From: Desulfobacterales bacterium
Lineage (GTDB): Bacteria > Desulfobacterota > Desulfobacteria > Desulfobacterales > UBA2174
Direction of reading: 5' to 3'
Assembly (NCBI GenBank): GCA_963668645.2
Contig: CAXXWC010000018.1
Span: 558,860 to 622,859, forward strand
DNA length: 64,000 bases
Shown: in pieces, positions 47,816 through 58,003 of the stretch
Layout: each line of letters begins with the position of its first letter
Position numbering within the stretch: position 1 is the first letter of the stretch
The notes under the pieces: generated by a model
Seen by the model: the letters and a program-made list of their open reading frames with translations, nothing else
The model's database searches: none
What the model was told of the DNA's origin: nothing
Translations under genes and position numbers: made by a program

Positions 47816-49366
47816 TTGGCTGCAACCAAACCACATGAATATAAAAAGGTGCGTTTTTTGTGCGCGCAATATATTCAAAAAATTCTCGATAGGACTTCGT
47901 ATGTTTTCGCGAAAGTTGCCTTGAAGGCTTTTGTCTGGTTTTGTGTTTATTTCGTCCTGAATGGGATATCCGTAAATTCGGATAACTCGATAGTCTTCGC
48001 TTTTCAACAGATTCCTTCTTCTGAAAAAACAGAACCGATTTCACTGGAACAAACCATTGTCCATGCGCTGCGATACAATCCGGGGCTCTTCGATCAAAAA
48101 AATGTCCTTGCCAGCGCCAGACTCTCGCTGGATGCGACCCGCACGGACTTCAAGATCCAGATCGTGCCGGCTGGAAATGCCGGTATTTCCGGCGGCGATG
48201 GCTTGAACGAACATGGCGTCTATTCGGCAGGCATCGCGGTGAGCCGGGATTTTCCGTCCGGGACCCAAGTGGCCGTCTCACCGCAAATCGGCAAATACGA
48301 CAGCGACGACGGGAGCGTTTTCGCCAACAGCGTGGGCATCGAGTTGACCCAGCCGCTCTTGCGCGGTTTGAACCGGGAGTACAATCTGAGCGGGGTGATG
48401 GGCGCCGAGTACTCGGTGCGTTCGGCCCGGCGCCGGTATTTTCTGTCACAGGTGGATGTCGTCGTTCAGAGCGTCGCCGCGTTTTACAACAATTTGCTGC
48501 AACGCCAGCTGGTGCAAAACAGACGCCAATCCGTCGGCCGGCTAGAGGCGTTCACCCGGTCGGCCAAGATCAAACGGGAAATCGGCCTGGCGACGACCGA
48601 AGACGAATACCGCGCCACCCAAAAGCTCAAGCAGGCCCGCGACGATCTGGTGGCCAGCGAGCAGGCGTTGAAAAAGGCCGAGGACACCTTAAGGCAGATT
48701 CTGGGGTGGCCGATGAGCCGCCCCATATCCGTGCAAGGCGATTTGGCTTTCCAGGAGGCGGCGATCGATGAGGCCCAGACGGTGGCCACCGCCCTGGAAA
48801 GGCGGGTGGAAATCGACCAGGCCCGGGACGCCTTGAGCGAACAGCAGCGCCTGTCGCGGGATGCGGCGCACCGGCTGCTGCCGGATCTGGACATCTCGCT
48901 GTATTACGAGGTGAACGGGGAATCTTCTTCCTTCGCATCTGCCACGGCCCTGGACGATACCCGCTGGGGGATAAGCCTGAGTACCAGCGCCGACTTGTTC
49001 CGCCACAAGGAAAAGGCCGCCTACCGCAAGAGCCTGTTGGCCGTCGAGGACGCCAAGCGCAGCCTGGCGACCTTGCGCGACGACATCGTACGCCAGGTGC
49101 GCGAAACCATCCGCAACCTGAACGAATTTGCCGCCCGCATCGAACTGCAGCAATCCAGGTCCCGGGACGCCGAACGGCAACTCGAGATATCCAGATTCAA
49201 GTTCAAATACGGAATGGCCAACAACTTCGACCTGATCGAGGCCGAGGCGGTCTACAGCACGGCCCAGACCAATGTGGACAACGCCAAGGTGCAATATCTC
49301 GTCGGCCTTTACCGCCTGCGCGCGGCCATGGGGACATTGCTCCCGTCTTTGGAACAGGACCAATGA
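47816..49366 (+). CDS. TolC family outer membrane efflux protein (start uncertain)
   Basis: ISLEQTIVHALRYNP, LTQPLLRG, FKYGMANNFDLIEAE. Confidence 0.9.
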   Translation: MAATKPHEYKKVRFLCAQYIQKILDRTSYVFAKVALKAFVWFCVYFVLNGISVNSDNSIVFAFQQIPSSEKTEPISLEQTIVHALRYNPGLFDQKNVLASARLSLDATRTDFKIQIVPAGNAGISGGDGLNEHGVYSAGIAVSRDFPSGTQVAVSPQIGKYDSDDGSVFANSVGIELTQPLLRGLNREYNLSGVMGAEYSVRSARRRYFLSQVDVVVQSVAAFYNNLLQRQLVQNRRQSVGRLEAFTRSAKIKREIGLATTEDEYRATQKLKQARDDLVASEQALKKAEDTLRQILGWPMSRPISVQGDLAFQEAAIDEAQTVATALERRVEIDQARDALSEQQRLSRDAAHRLLPDLDISLYYEVNGESSSFASATALDDTRWGISLSTSADLFRHKEKAAYRKSLLAVEDAKRSLATLRDDIVRQVRETIRNLNEFAARIELQQSRSRDAERQLEISRFKFKYGMANNFDLIEAEAVYSTAQTNVDNAKVQYLVGLYRLRAAMGTLLPSLEQDQ

Positions 49367-50793
49367 AAAAACTCTTCTTGGGCGGCTTTGCCATCGTTTT
49401 GGCGGTTTCGGTGGCCATGGTGTTTTTTTCAGGCCCTCGTCCGGCCGCGACCACCACCACCACCGATTTGGCCGTGCCCCGTTCTTTCGAGGTGATCGTG
49501 CGTGCCACCGGGGAGTTGGATGCGGTCCGGTCCACCATCATCAGCTCGGAGCTGAGCGGAGACAAATCCAAGATCGTCTGGCTGGTCAAGGATGGTGCGC
49601 GGGTGGCCAAGGGTGATATGCTGGTGCGCTTCGATCCGAGCGAATTCGAAGACAAGGTGCACCTGCTGGAAGCCAAAGTGATGGAGTTGGAGGCCATGGT
49701 GGAGGCCAACAACCAGATTTTCCAGTGGGAAAAAAGCCAGCTGGAGCGTGAAATCCAGACCATGGAGATCGACCTGCGGGCCGCCGAGCTCGACCTGATC
49801 AAGCTGGAAAAGGGCGAAGGCCCGCTGGAGCTGTCGCGGCTGGAGGAAAAGCTGGACGAGGCTGCCAAGAAAAACGAGAAATTCGCCGGCTATGAGAAGG
49901 AACTCAAAGAGTATCAGGCCAAAGGATTCATCAAACCCAATGAGATCGAAGAGGCCGGCAAGGAAATCAGCGCGGCGCGCCGCGGGTACGAGATGGCCAG
50001 ACAGGAACTGGCCACCTACCGGGATTATGTGCTGCCCACGGACCTGGAAAAATCCAAGGCCATGGTGGCACAAGCCCGGGTCAACCTGGAACAGAACAAG
50101 AAAAACGGCAGTTTCAAGATCGGCAAAGCCCAGGCGGCCCTGATCCTGGCCGCCAAGGAATTGGAGAGCAACCGGGCGCTGTTGCAAAAGGCCAGAGAGG
50201 ACCTCGAGAAGACCGAGATTTCAGCCCCCATGCCGGGCATGGCCATCTTGCGTGAAGAGTTTCATGACGGCGAGCGTCGCAAGCCGCGCATGGGAGACAA
50301 GGTCCTGCGCAACCAGCCCGTCGTTTTCCTGCCCGATATTGCCAAGATGGTCGTGCGCACCCGGATCCGCGAAATCGATCTGCACAAGGTGGCCGCGGGC
50401 GAAAAGGCCCTGGTGCGCATTGACGCCTACCCGGATTTGGTGCTCAGGGGCAGCGTGGAAGCCATCGGTGCCTTGGCCGAGGTGGATCTGAAAAGCGCCG
50501 CCAGGGAGAAGTATTTCGCCGTGGATGTGATCATCGACGATGAAGACCCCCGTTTGCGGCCCGGAATGACCGCGCGGGTCGAAATCCTGTGCGCCAGGCT
50601 CGATGAGGTGTTGAGCGTGCCGGTGCACGCCATCTTCATGGACGACGGGCGGCCTTATTGTCTCGTATATGCGGGCGAGCGGCTTGAAAAGCGCTTCGTC
50701 AGCGTCGGGGCGGCCAACGAGTTTTGGGCGCAGATCACCGCAGGGCTTAATTCCGGGGACCGCATTTCGCTTATCGCGGACCCGGATCGCTGA
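49363..50793 (+). CDS. HlyD/MacA family periplasmic adaptor
   Basis: N-terminal TM, lipoyl halves (GARVAKGD, ISAPMPG), long coiled coil, LRPGMTA. Confidence 0.92.
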   Translation: MKKLFLGGFAIVLAVSVAMVFFSGPRPAATTTTTDLAVPRSFEVIVRATGELDAVRSTIISSELSGDKSKIVWLVKDGARVAKGDMLVRFDPSEFEDKVHLLEAKVMELEAMVEANNQIFQWEKSQLEREIQTMEIDLRAAELDLIKLEKGEGPLELSRLEEKLDEAAKKNEKFAGYEKELKEYQAKGFIKPNEIEEAGKEISAARRGYEMARQELATYRDYVLPTDLEKSKAMVAQARVNLEQNKKNGSFKIGKAQAALILAAKELESNRALLQKAREDLEKTEISAPMPGMAILREEFHDGERRKPRMGDKVLRNQPVVFLPDIAKMVVRTRIREIDLHKVAAGEKALVRIDAYPDLVLRGSVEAIGALAEVDLKSAAREKYFAVDVIIDDEDPRLRPGMTARVEILCARLDEVLSVPVHAIFMDDGRPYCLVYAGERLEKRFVSVGAANEFWAQITAGLNSGDRISLIADPDR

Positions 50794-50808
50794 TCGCTGG
50801 AGGATCCG

Positions 50809-51480
50809 ATGGGCGCCGTGGTTGAAGTCTGCCACCTTACGAAAACCTACCTCAGGGGCCGCACCCCGGTCGAAGCGCTGCGCAGCGTCGACCTGAGCGT
50901 GCAACGAGGTGAATTTATTTCCGTTATGGGCGCTTCGGGCTCGGGAAAGTCGACGCTGCTGCACATCCTGGGCTGCCTCGATACCCCCAGTGCCGGCAAC
51001 TACTGCCTGAACGGAGAGGATGTCTCTCGTCTTTCCGACAAGGCCCTGAGCCGGATCCGGTTGCGCCACATCGGTTTTGTCTTCCAGACCTTCAACCTGA
51101 TCGGTGAATCCAGCGTGTTGGAAAATGTTGCGCTGCCGCTTCTTTACCAGGGCATCGGGGAAGCCGAGGCCCGCGACAGGGCGGCGGCGAGCCTCGCCCG
51201 GGTCGGCATGGCCGATCGCATGACGCACCGACCCGGCGAGTTGTCCGGCGGCGAAATGCAGCGCAGCGCCATCGCCCGGGCCCTGGTGATCGATCCGCTG
51301 CTGATCCTGGCCGATGAACCGACGGGAAACCTGGACAGCGCCACCGGCAGCGAGATCCTGGCCCTCATCGGCGGGTTGCACCAAAAGGGGGCGACCGTCG
51401 TGATGGTGACCCATGATCCGAAGGTGGCCGCCTACAGCCAACGGACGCTGTGCATGCAAGACGGGCGTTTGGCATCATGA
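50809..51480 (+). CDS. ABC transporter ATPase (MacB/LolD type)
   Basis: [27 protein letters not shown]. Confidence 0.95.
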   Translation: MGAVVEVCHLTKTYLRGRTPVEALRSVDLSVQRGEFISVMGASGSGKSTLLHILGCLDTPSAGNYCLNGEDVSRLSDKALSRIRLRHIGFVFQTFNLIGESSVLENVALPLLYQGIGEAEARDRAAASLARVGMADRMTHRPGELSGGEMQRSAIARALVIDPLLILADEPTGNLDSATGSEILALIGGLHQKGATVVMVTHDPKVAAYSQRTLCMQDGRLAS

Positions 51481-52712
51481 AGCGCATCGACATATTTCGC
51501 CAGCTGCTGCGTTCCGCGTGGCGCGAACTGCGCAAGCAGAAGCTCAGGAGCCTTCTGAGCGTGCTGGGGATCGTTTTCGGAGTGGCGGCCGTTATTTCAA
51601 TGCTGGCGGTGGCCGAGGGGGCCAAACGCGAGACATTGCGCCAGATTGCCGAACTTGGCGCCGACAGCATCCTGCTGCGCAACGCCGTGCTGACCCCGGA
51701 ACAGAAAAAGGCCGCTGCCAGCAACCGGTCGCGCGGTCTGAGTGATCTTGACGTGGCGTCGGTCGAACGCCTTTTTCCGGCTGTCGAACGGTCTGCGGCG
51801 ATTCGTGAGATTGCCTCCCGTATCGCCGCGCCGGTGGACGGCACCGTTTATCAAGTGTTTGCGGTGAGCCCTTCTTTCGCGGTGCTCAATGGCCTGCGGC
51901 CTCGCCAGGGCCGGTTCATCTGCCCCCTGGACCAGCACCTGGGCCAGCGGGTTTGCGTGATCGGCGCCGAAGTTTCTGCCGGGCTGGGCGATAGCGGCCG
52001 TATCGGTGCGGCGGTGCAGATCGAAAAACGCCCCTTTACGGTGGTGGGCGTGCTGGCCAACCGCGAGCAGGCCCGGCGCAAAAACAGCGCCGTGGCCGTG
52101 CGAAATTACAACCGGGCCGTTTTTATCCCCCTGGGGACCGAGCCGACAGCAGTACCCGCATTGGATTCGGGCTATTCGGAACTTGTCTTTCGCTTCGACG
52201 ATCGCCAAACGATCGCCGCCGCGGCCCGGATGATCCACAGAATCGTTTTGAACAATCATGGCGGCTTCGAGGATTTTCAAACCATCGTGCCCATTGAACT
52301 GCTTCGCCAAGAGAACCGGGCCCAAAGAACCTTCAACGTCATTTTAGCAACGATCGCGGCAATCACGCTGCTGGTGGGCGGTATCGGCATCATGAACATC
52401 ATGACGGCTTCGGTGACCGAACGCACCCGGGAAATCGGCATCCGTCGCGCTGTCGGTGCCAATCGGCGCCATATCGTTATCCAGTTTATCACCGAATCGA
52501 CCCTGCTCACATTGATCGGCGGCGTGATCGGCTTTTTTCTGGGCGCCATCGGGGCCTTTGTTGTTCAATGGGCGGCCGAATGGCCGATTTTCATCAGCGG
52601 GTGGAGCGTTTGCACCTCATTTGGCGTATCGAGTCTTGCCGGGATTTGTTTTGGGATTTATCCGGCTTACAAGGCGGCCATGATGAATCCGGTGGATGCT
52701 TTAAGATATTGA
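51477..52712 (+). CDS. ABC transporter permease (MacB/FtsX type)
   Basis: RSLLSVLGIVFGV, VGGIGIMNIM..SVTERTREIGIRRAVGA, PVDALRY. Confidence 0.95.
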   Translation: MKRIDIFRQLLRSAWRELRKQKLRSLLSVLGIVFGVAAVISMLAVAEGAKRETLRQIAELGADSILLRNAVLTPEQKKAAASNRSRGLSDLDVASVERLFPAVERSAAIREIASRIAAPVDGTVYQVFAVSPSFAVLNGLRPRQGRFICPLDQHLGQRVCVIGAEVSAGLGDSGRIGAAVQIEKRPFTVVGVLANREQARRKNSAVAVRNYNRAVFIPLGTEPTAVPALDSGYSELVFRFDDRQTIAAAARMIHRIVLNNHGGFEDFQTIVPIELLRQENRAQRTFNVILATIAAITLLVGGIGIMNIMTASVTERTREIGIRRAVGANRRHIVIQFITESTLLTLIGGVIGFFLGAIGAFVVQWAAEWPIFISGWSVCTSFGVSSLAGICFGIYPAYKAAMMNPVDALRY

Positions 52713-52734
52713 ATACATAACTCAAAGGAGGAAT

Positions 52735-53868
52735 GTGATGACAGACAAAAGAGCGGATCTTGCAGGGCCGGGCATCAGCACTTACGAGGAGGTGGATAAG
52801 ATCCTGCCCCGGGATTACGAGGCGTTGTTGATGCCCAAAGAAAGAATGAAGGCCTTGTACAAGATAAAAAACTTTATTGAAGAGAACCTGTGCAAAGAAC
52901 TCAACCTTTTTATGGTGCAGGTGCCGCTTATCGTAACGAAAGAAAGCGGCGTTAACGATTACCTGGATCGGGACGGTTCGCGCACACCCATCGAATTTGA
53001 CTGCGGGCTCGGTCTTGAAAAACGAATCGAGACCCAGGTGGTCCAGGCGGCCACGAAATGGAAGCGGATGGCCCTGAAACAATTCGGTTGCGAGGTGGGC
53101 GAGGGAATCTGCACCGACATGAAGGCGGTGCGCAAAGACTATTTTTTGGATCATGACCATAGCGCCTACGTGGATCAATGGGATTGGGAGCGGGTGATCA
53201 CCGATAAGATGCGCAATCTGGATTTTTTGCGGGATGTCGTCGAGCGGATCTGGTCGGTCATCTACGAAGCCGGTCAGATGGTCAAGAAGGACTTTCCCTC
53301 CCTCGATACCGGCAAGTACCCGGATATCCCCAAAGAGCTGAAATTTTTCCACGCCGAGGAGATCCTCGATCGCTATCCGGACCTGACCCGGAAACAAAGA
53401 GAGACCCAAATGATCCAGGAGGTGCATCCGGCGATTTTCATCATCGGTATCGGCTATGTCCTGGAGGACGGCTATCCGCATGAGATGCGGGCGGCCGATT
53501 ATGACGACTGGATCACCCCGACGATAGAGAAAGACGGCAAACAGTTGCATGGCCTCAACGGTGATATTCTGGTCTGGAATCCGGTGACCCGGCGTCGCCA
53601 TGAGCTGACCTCCATGGGCATTCGCGTGACCAAAGACACCATGGTCCAACAGCTCAAAGAGGCCGGCCAAGAGCATTTTTTGGAATTGCCCTACCACCAG
53701 GCCATCCTCAATGACCAGATCCCGTTGAGCATCGGGGGCGGCATTGGACAGTCGCGAACCTTCATGTATCTGTTAAGGACAGCCCATATCGGGGAGGTGA
53801 GCACCACGGTCTGGCCCGAACCGCTTAAATGGATTTGTAAAAGGAAGAATATCCATGTGTTGGAATAA
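52735..53868 (+). CDS. asnA: Aspartate-ammonia ligase
   Basis: KWKRMAL, HSAYVDQWDWE, RAADYDDW, GLNGDI, SIGGGIGQSR. Confidence 0.95.
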   Translation: MMTDKRADLAGPGISTYEEVDKILPRDYEALLMPKERMKALYKIKNFIEENLCKELNLFMVQVPLIVTKESGVNDYLDRDGSRTPIEFDCGLGLEKRIETQVVQAATKWKRMALKQFGCEVGEGICTDMKAVRKDYFLDHDHSAYVDQWDWERVITDKMRNLDFLRDVVERIWSVIYEAGQMVKKDFPSLDTGKYPDIPKELKFFHAEEILDRYPDLTRKQRETQMIQEVHPAIFIIGIGYVLEDGYPHEMRAADYDDWITPTIEKDGKQLHGLNGDILVWNPVTRRRHELTSMGIRVTKDTMVQQLKEAGQEHFLELPYHQAILNDQIPLSIGGGIGQSRTFMYLLRTAHIGEVSTTVWPEPLKWICKRKNIHVLE

Positions 53869-54019
53869 CGGCTGGCGGGGTTCAGGCCGCTAAGTCGCAT
53901 ATCGACAATCTCGATTCAAAATCGATGGCAAGATTTTTTTTCCGATTGGATTCGGTTGACGCCGCTGTGCTAAGGGTCGCCCAGTAATTCCTGACACCCA
54001 CAGAAAAGGAGGAGTGGCG

Positions 54020-54856
54020 ATGAAGATGGGCTTTTGCACCAAGGCGTTGGCGGCTGCGGTGGCGATGGTAATGATGATAGTGCTTCCGGTCTGGGCCGAT
54101 TCGCTGGAGGTCTTCAAAGGACAGAAGGGCGAGATCAAGATCTCGGGCGGCACGGCCCATATTCCGGTGATGGAAGAGGCGGCCAAGCGCATCCGAACCG
54201 CGAACCCGGATATCCAGATCAGCATTGCCGGGGGCGGGTCCGGCGTCGGCATCAAGCAGGCCGGAGAGGGGTTGGTGGACATCGGCAATGCGGGCCGCAA
54301 GCCCAGCGATGCGGAGGTTTCCAAGTACGGGTTGAAGTTGTTCCGCTGGGCCGTGGACGGGGTCGGGGTGGTGGTGCACCCGGCCAACCCGGTCAAGTCC
54401 CTGAGCAGTGACCAGCTCAAGCAGATCTACGCCGGCGCGATCAATAACTGGAAAGTCCTGGGCGGCGTCGACAAGGCGATCAATCTGTACACGCGCGACG
54501 AGGCCAGCGGCACACGATCCGTGTTCTGGAAAAATGCCCTTAAGAAAGGCGAGATCAACCCCGGAGCGAATGTGGTCCCCTCCAACGGGGCCATGAAGAC
54601 GGCCGTGGCCAACGACCCGTACGCCATCGGGTACGTTTCGGTGGGCCACATCGACGCCACCGTGGCGCCTGTGGCCCTTGACGGGGTAGTGCCCACCATC
54701 GAGACGGTCAAAAGCGGCGCTTATCCGGTCAGCCGGGGCCTGTTCAGCCTCACCAAGGGAGAACCGAAAGGACTGGCGCGGCTTTTTATCGACTATCTCT
54801 ACGGGCCGGACGGCCAGCAGATCATCTCGGCCAAGGGCTTTATCCCGGTTAAATGA
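54020..54856 (+). CDS. pstS: Phosphate ABC transporter substrate-binding protein
   Basis: GGGSGVGI, RDEASGTR, AIGYVS, YPVSRGL. Confidence 0.88.
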   Translation: MKMGFCTKALAAAVAMVMMIVLPVWADSLEVFKGQKGEIKISGGTAHIPVMEEAAKRIRTANPDIQISIAGGGSGVGIKQAGEGLVDIGNAGRKPSDAEVSKYGLKLFRWAVDGVGVVVHPANPVKSLSSDQLKQIYAGAINNWKVLGGVDKAINLYTRDEASGTRSVFWKNALKKGEINPGANVVPSNGAMKTAVANDPYAIGYVSVGHIDATVAPVALDGVVPTIETVKSGAYPVSRGLFSLTKGEPKGLARLFIDYLYGPDGQQIISAKGFIPVK

Positions 54857-54859
54857 TCC

Positions 54860-55711
54860 ATGCAAGGTGAGCGCATCGCCGAGAAGGTCTTTCTGCTGGC
54901 CGCGGCCCTGAGCGCCTCGGTGACGGTCCTGCTCTTTGTTTTCATGGCACTTCTTGGCCTGCCGCTGTTCCGGGAAGGGCTTTTTTTCGAGATCCTCGTC
55001 CAGCCCTGGAATCCCGGACGGCAGATCTTCGGCATCCAGCCCATGATCGTGGGCACTGTGGCCATCACCGGCCTGGCCGTGGCGGTCGCCTTTCCGGTGA
55101 GCCTGGCCGTGGCGGGCTTTATCGCCGCCATCGCCGCCGGGCCCATCGCCCGGCCGGTCAAGGCCGCGGTGCGCCTGATGACCGGGATTCCCACTGTGGT
55201 TTACGGCTTTGTGGGAATCTTTCTGCTGGTGCCTGTCGTACGCGAACTTTTCGCCCGCGGGTCGGGATTGTGCATCCTCACCGCGGGCCTGGTCCTCGGG
55301 GTCCTGGTGGCGCCGACCATGATCCTTTTTTTCTCCGACGCCCTGGCGCGGGTTCCGCGAAGCCAGCGCATTGCCGCCGAGGCCCTGGGCGCCACCCCGG
55401 CCCAGGTGCTGGTCTATGTGCTGGTGCCCGGGGCCTGGCGCGGCATCATCAGCGGCCTGGTCCTTTCCATCGGCCGCGCCTTGGGCGATACCCTCATCGC
55501 CCTGATGCTGGCCGGCAACGCGGTCCGGGTACCCGGCAGCATCCTCGATTCGGCCCGCACCCTCACGGCTCACATCGCCCTGGTGGTAGCGGCCGATTTC
55601 GACAGCCTGGAGTTCAAGACCATCTTCGCCTGCGGGATTCTACTTTACGGCTTTACCGCGGCCGCCACCGTTGCCGTGCGCCGGCTGGAACGCCGGAGGA
55701 TCGAGGCCTGA
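54860..55711 (+). CDS. pstC: Phosphate ABC transporter permease
   Basis: GIPTVVYG, ALGAT, GRALGDT. Confidence 0.88.
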   Translation: MQGERIAEKVFLLAAALSASVTVLLFVFMALLGLPLFREGLFFEILVQPWNPGRQIFGIQPMIVGTVAITGLAVAVAFPVSLAVAGFIAAIAAGPIARPVKAAVRLMTGIPTVVYGFVGIFLLVPVVRELFARGSGLCILTAGLVLGVLVAPTMILFFSDALARVPRSQRIAAEALGATPAQVLVYVLVPGAWRGIISGLVLSIGRALGDTLIALMLAGNAVRVPGSILDSARTLTAHIALVVAADFDSLEFKTIFACGILLYGFTAAATVAVRRLERRRIEA

Positions 55712-56595
55712 TGCGGCGGCGCGCCCTGGATATCACCGTCGGCCTTGCCGGCTGGGGCAGCACCCTGCTGCTCCTGGGGGCGGCGGGGGCCGTGATCGGC
55801 TTTCTGCTCTACAAAGGATGGCACAGCCTCGGCCCGGCGCTGATTTTCGGCGACACGGCACCGCTGGACGCCATTTTACTGCGCCGGCCGGTCTTCGACG
55901 GCCTTTTTCCGGCCATGGTGGGCACCTTTGCCCTGGTGTTGCTGGCCGTGGCCCTGGCCGTGCCCCTGGGGCTGGCCGCCGGGATCTACATGGCCGAGTA
56001 CGGGCGGGGGCGCATCCAGCAGGCCCTGGGGCTTTTTTTCGATATCCTGGCCGGGGTCCCTTCCATCCTGGTGGGCCTGTTCGGCTTCAGCGTGGCGGTG
56101 TTTTTACACCGCCAGTTCGGGGGCCGCATCTATCCCTGCCTGCTGATCTCGGCCCTCTCCCTGGCCTTTCTGGTCCTGCCCTACCTGATCCGCACCACCC
56201 AGAACGCCCTGGAGGATCTTCCCGCCGAGGTGCGGCGCACCGCGCCGGCCCTGGGCGCCACCCGCCTGCAGAATATCCGCTTCGTGCTGCTGCCGCGGGC
56301 CCTGCCGGGGATTTTGAGCGGGGTGATTCTGGCCGTGGGCCGCTGCGCCGAGGATACGGCGGTCATCATGCTCACCGGGGTGGTGGCCAGCGCCGGTTTG
56401 CCCCGCTCGCTGCTGTCGTCCTACGAGGCCCTTCCGTTTTACATCTACTATATTTCTTCGCAGTACCGGAATCCGGGCGAACTGGCCACCGGATACGGCG
56501 CGGCCCTGATCCTGCTGGCAATCTGCGCTCTGCTGCTCACCGCCGCCGTGATGATCCAGCATCGTTTGCGCGCCCTGGCGCACCAGCGTTTGTGA
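55711..56595 (+). CDS. pstA: Phosphate ABC transporter permease
   Basis: LAGVPSILVGLFG, ALGATR, GRCAEDTA. Confidence 0.88.
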   Translation: MRRRALDITVGLAGWGSTLLLLGAAGAVIGFLLYKGWHSLGPALIFGDTAPLDAILLRRPVFDGLFPAMVGTFALVLLAVALAVPLGLAAGIYMAEYGRGRIQQALGLFFDILAGVPSILVGLFGFSVAVFLHRQFGGRIYPCLLISALSLAFLVLPYLIRTTQNALEDLPAEVRRTAPALGATRLQNIRFVLLPRALPGILSGVILAVGRCAEDTAVIMLTGVVASAGLPRSLLSSYEALPFYIYYISSQYRNPGELATGYGAALILLAICALLLTAAVMIQHRLRALAHQRL

Positions 56596-56605
56596 AAGGT
56601 TCGCC

Positions 56606-57328
56606 ATGGACAATCGCAGCCTCAAAATCCGCATCCAAGATCTCAGCTTCCACTACGGCCGCCGCAAGGTCCTGGACCGGGTCTGCGCCAATATCCCGGC
56701 CAACGCCATCACGGCGGTGGTGGGCCCCTCGGGCCAGGGCAAATCGACCCTGCTCACCTGCATCAACCGGCTCTGCGACAGCCTCTCCGGGATCCGGGTG
56801 GGCGGCAGCGTAGCGATCCGCTTCGAGGATAACTGGCTGGATATCCGCAGCCCGAAGGTGCCCCTGCACTGGCTGCGGCGCAAGGTGGGGATGGTCTTCC
56901 AGACCCCCAACCCTCTTCCCATGAGCATCTTCAAGAACGTGGCCTTCGCCCTCAAGCTCACCGGCCAGCACCGGCGCCCCGACCTGAACGACCGGGTGGC
57001 CGAAGCCCTTGAGCACGCCTTTTTATGGGACGAGGTGCGAGACCGGCTCCACCACGATGCCCGCACCCTTTCCGGGGGCCAGCAGCAGCGCCTCTGCATC
57101 GCCCGGGCACTGATCCTTGAGCCCGAGATCCTGCTTCTTGACGAGCCCACCGCTTCGCTGGACAGCGAGGCCGGCGCGGTGATCGAGTCGCTGCTCCTCG
57201 CGCTGTGCAGCCGCTGCACCCTGGTGATGGTGTCGCACTACCGGGACCAGGTGCGCCGGGTGGCCGATGAGGTCTTGCAGCTTGACGGAGGGAAGCTGCG
57301 GCCGCTGGCGCATCGAGAACCTTCCTGA
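56606..57328 (+). CDS. pstB: Phosphate ABC transporter ATPase
   Basis: GPSGQGKST, GMVFQTPNPLPMSI, LSGGQQQRLCIAR. Confidence 0.92.
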   Translation: MDNRSLKIRIQDLSFHYGRRKVLDRVCANIPANAITAVVGPSGQGKSTLLTCINRLCDSLSGIRVGGSVAIRFEDNWLDIRSPKVPLHWLRRKVGMVFQTPNPLPMSIFKNVAFALKLTGQHRRPDLNDRVAEALEHAFLWDEVRDRLHHDARTLSGGQQQRLCIARALILEPEILLLDEPTASLDSEAGAVIESLLLALCSRCTLVMVSHYRDQVRRVADEVLQLDGGKLRPLAHREPS

Positions 57329-57483
57329 CTTCATCTCCAGTTTTTTTGCCGGTTAAACCGGGACACCCGCTTGATCGGGAGCAGGGCCGATTTATTATGG
57401 TAGCCGAATGGGGTTGGAAGCCTGGCCGAAGGGACAGGCTTGCTTTTCGGGATCTTTGGGATAAGTGACAACGAGGAGGCAGT

Positions 57484-57999
57484 ATGGGCGAATATCCGAA
57501 TTCTGTTACAATGCGCGGCAATCCGTTGACCCTGGTGGGTGATCCGATCCAGGTGGGCCGGCCGGCCCCGGATGCGACCCTGATCAACAACGAGATGCAG
57601 CCGGTCTCCCTGGCCGACTACCGGGGCAAGGTGGTGATCCTTTCCACGGTCCCCTCCCTGGACACCCCGGTATGCGACCTGGAAACCCGGCGTTTCAACA
57701 GCGAGGCGGCCGGCCTGGGCGACGACGTGGTCATCCTCACCGTGAGCATGGATCTGCCCTTTGCCCAGAAGCGCTGGTGCGGGGCGGCCGGAGTCGAGCG
57801 GGTGGTGACGCTTTCCGACCACCGCGCGGCCGCCCTCGGGGAGGCTTACGGCCTACTGATCAAGGAGCTGCGGCTTCTGGCCCGCGCCGTCACCGTGGTG
57901 GACCGGAAAGGGGTGGTGCGCTACCACGAGCTGGTCAGGGAGATCGCCGCAGAGCCCGATTATGCCGCTGCCCTGGAAGCGGCCAAGGGGCTTGTTTGA
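57484..57999 (+). CDS. tpx: Thiol peroxidase
   Basis: PSLDTPVC, SMDLPFAQKRWC, EPDY. Confidence 0.95.
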   Translation: MGEYPNSVTMRGNPLTLVGDPIQVGRPAPDATLINNEMQPVSLADYRGKVVILSTVPSLDTPVCDLETRRFNSEAAGLGDDVVILTVSMDLPFAQKRWCGAAGVERVVTLSDHRAAALGEAYGLLIKELRLLARAVTVVDRKGVVRYHELVREIAAEPDYAAALEAAKGLV

Positions 58000-58003
58000 A
58001 GCT

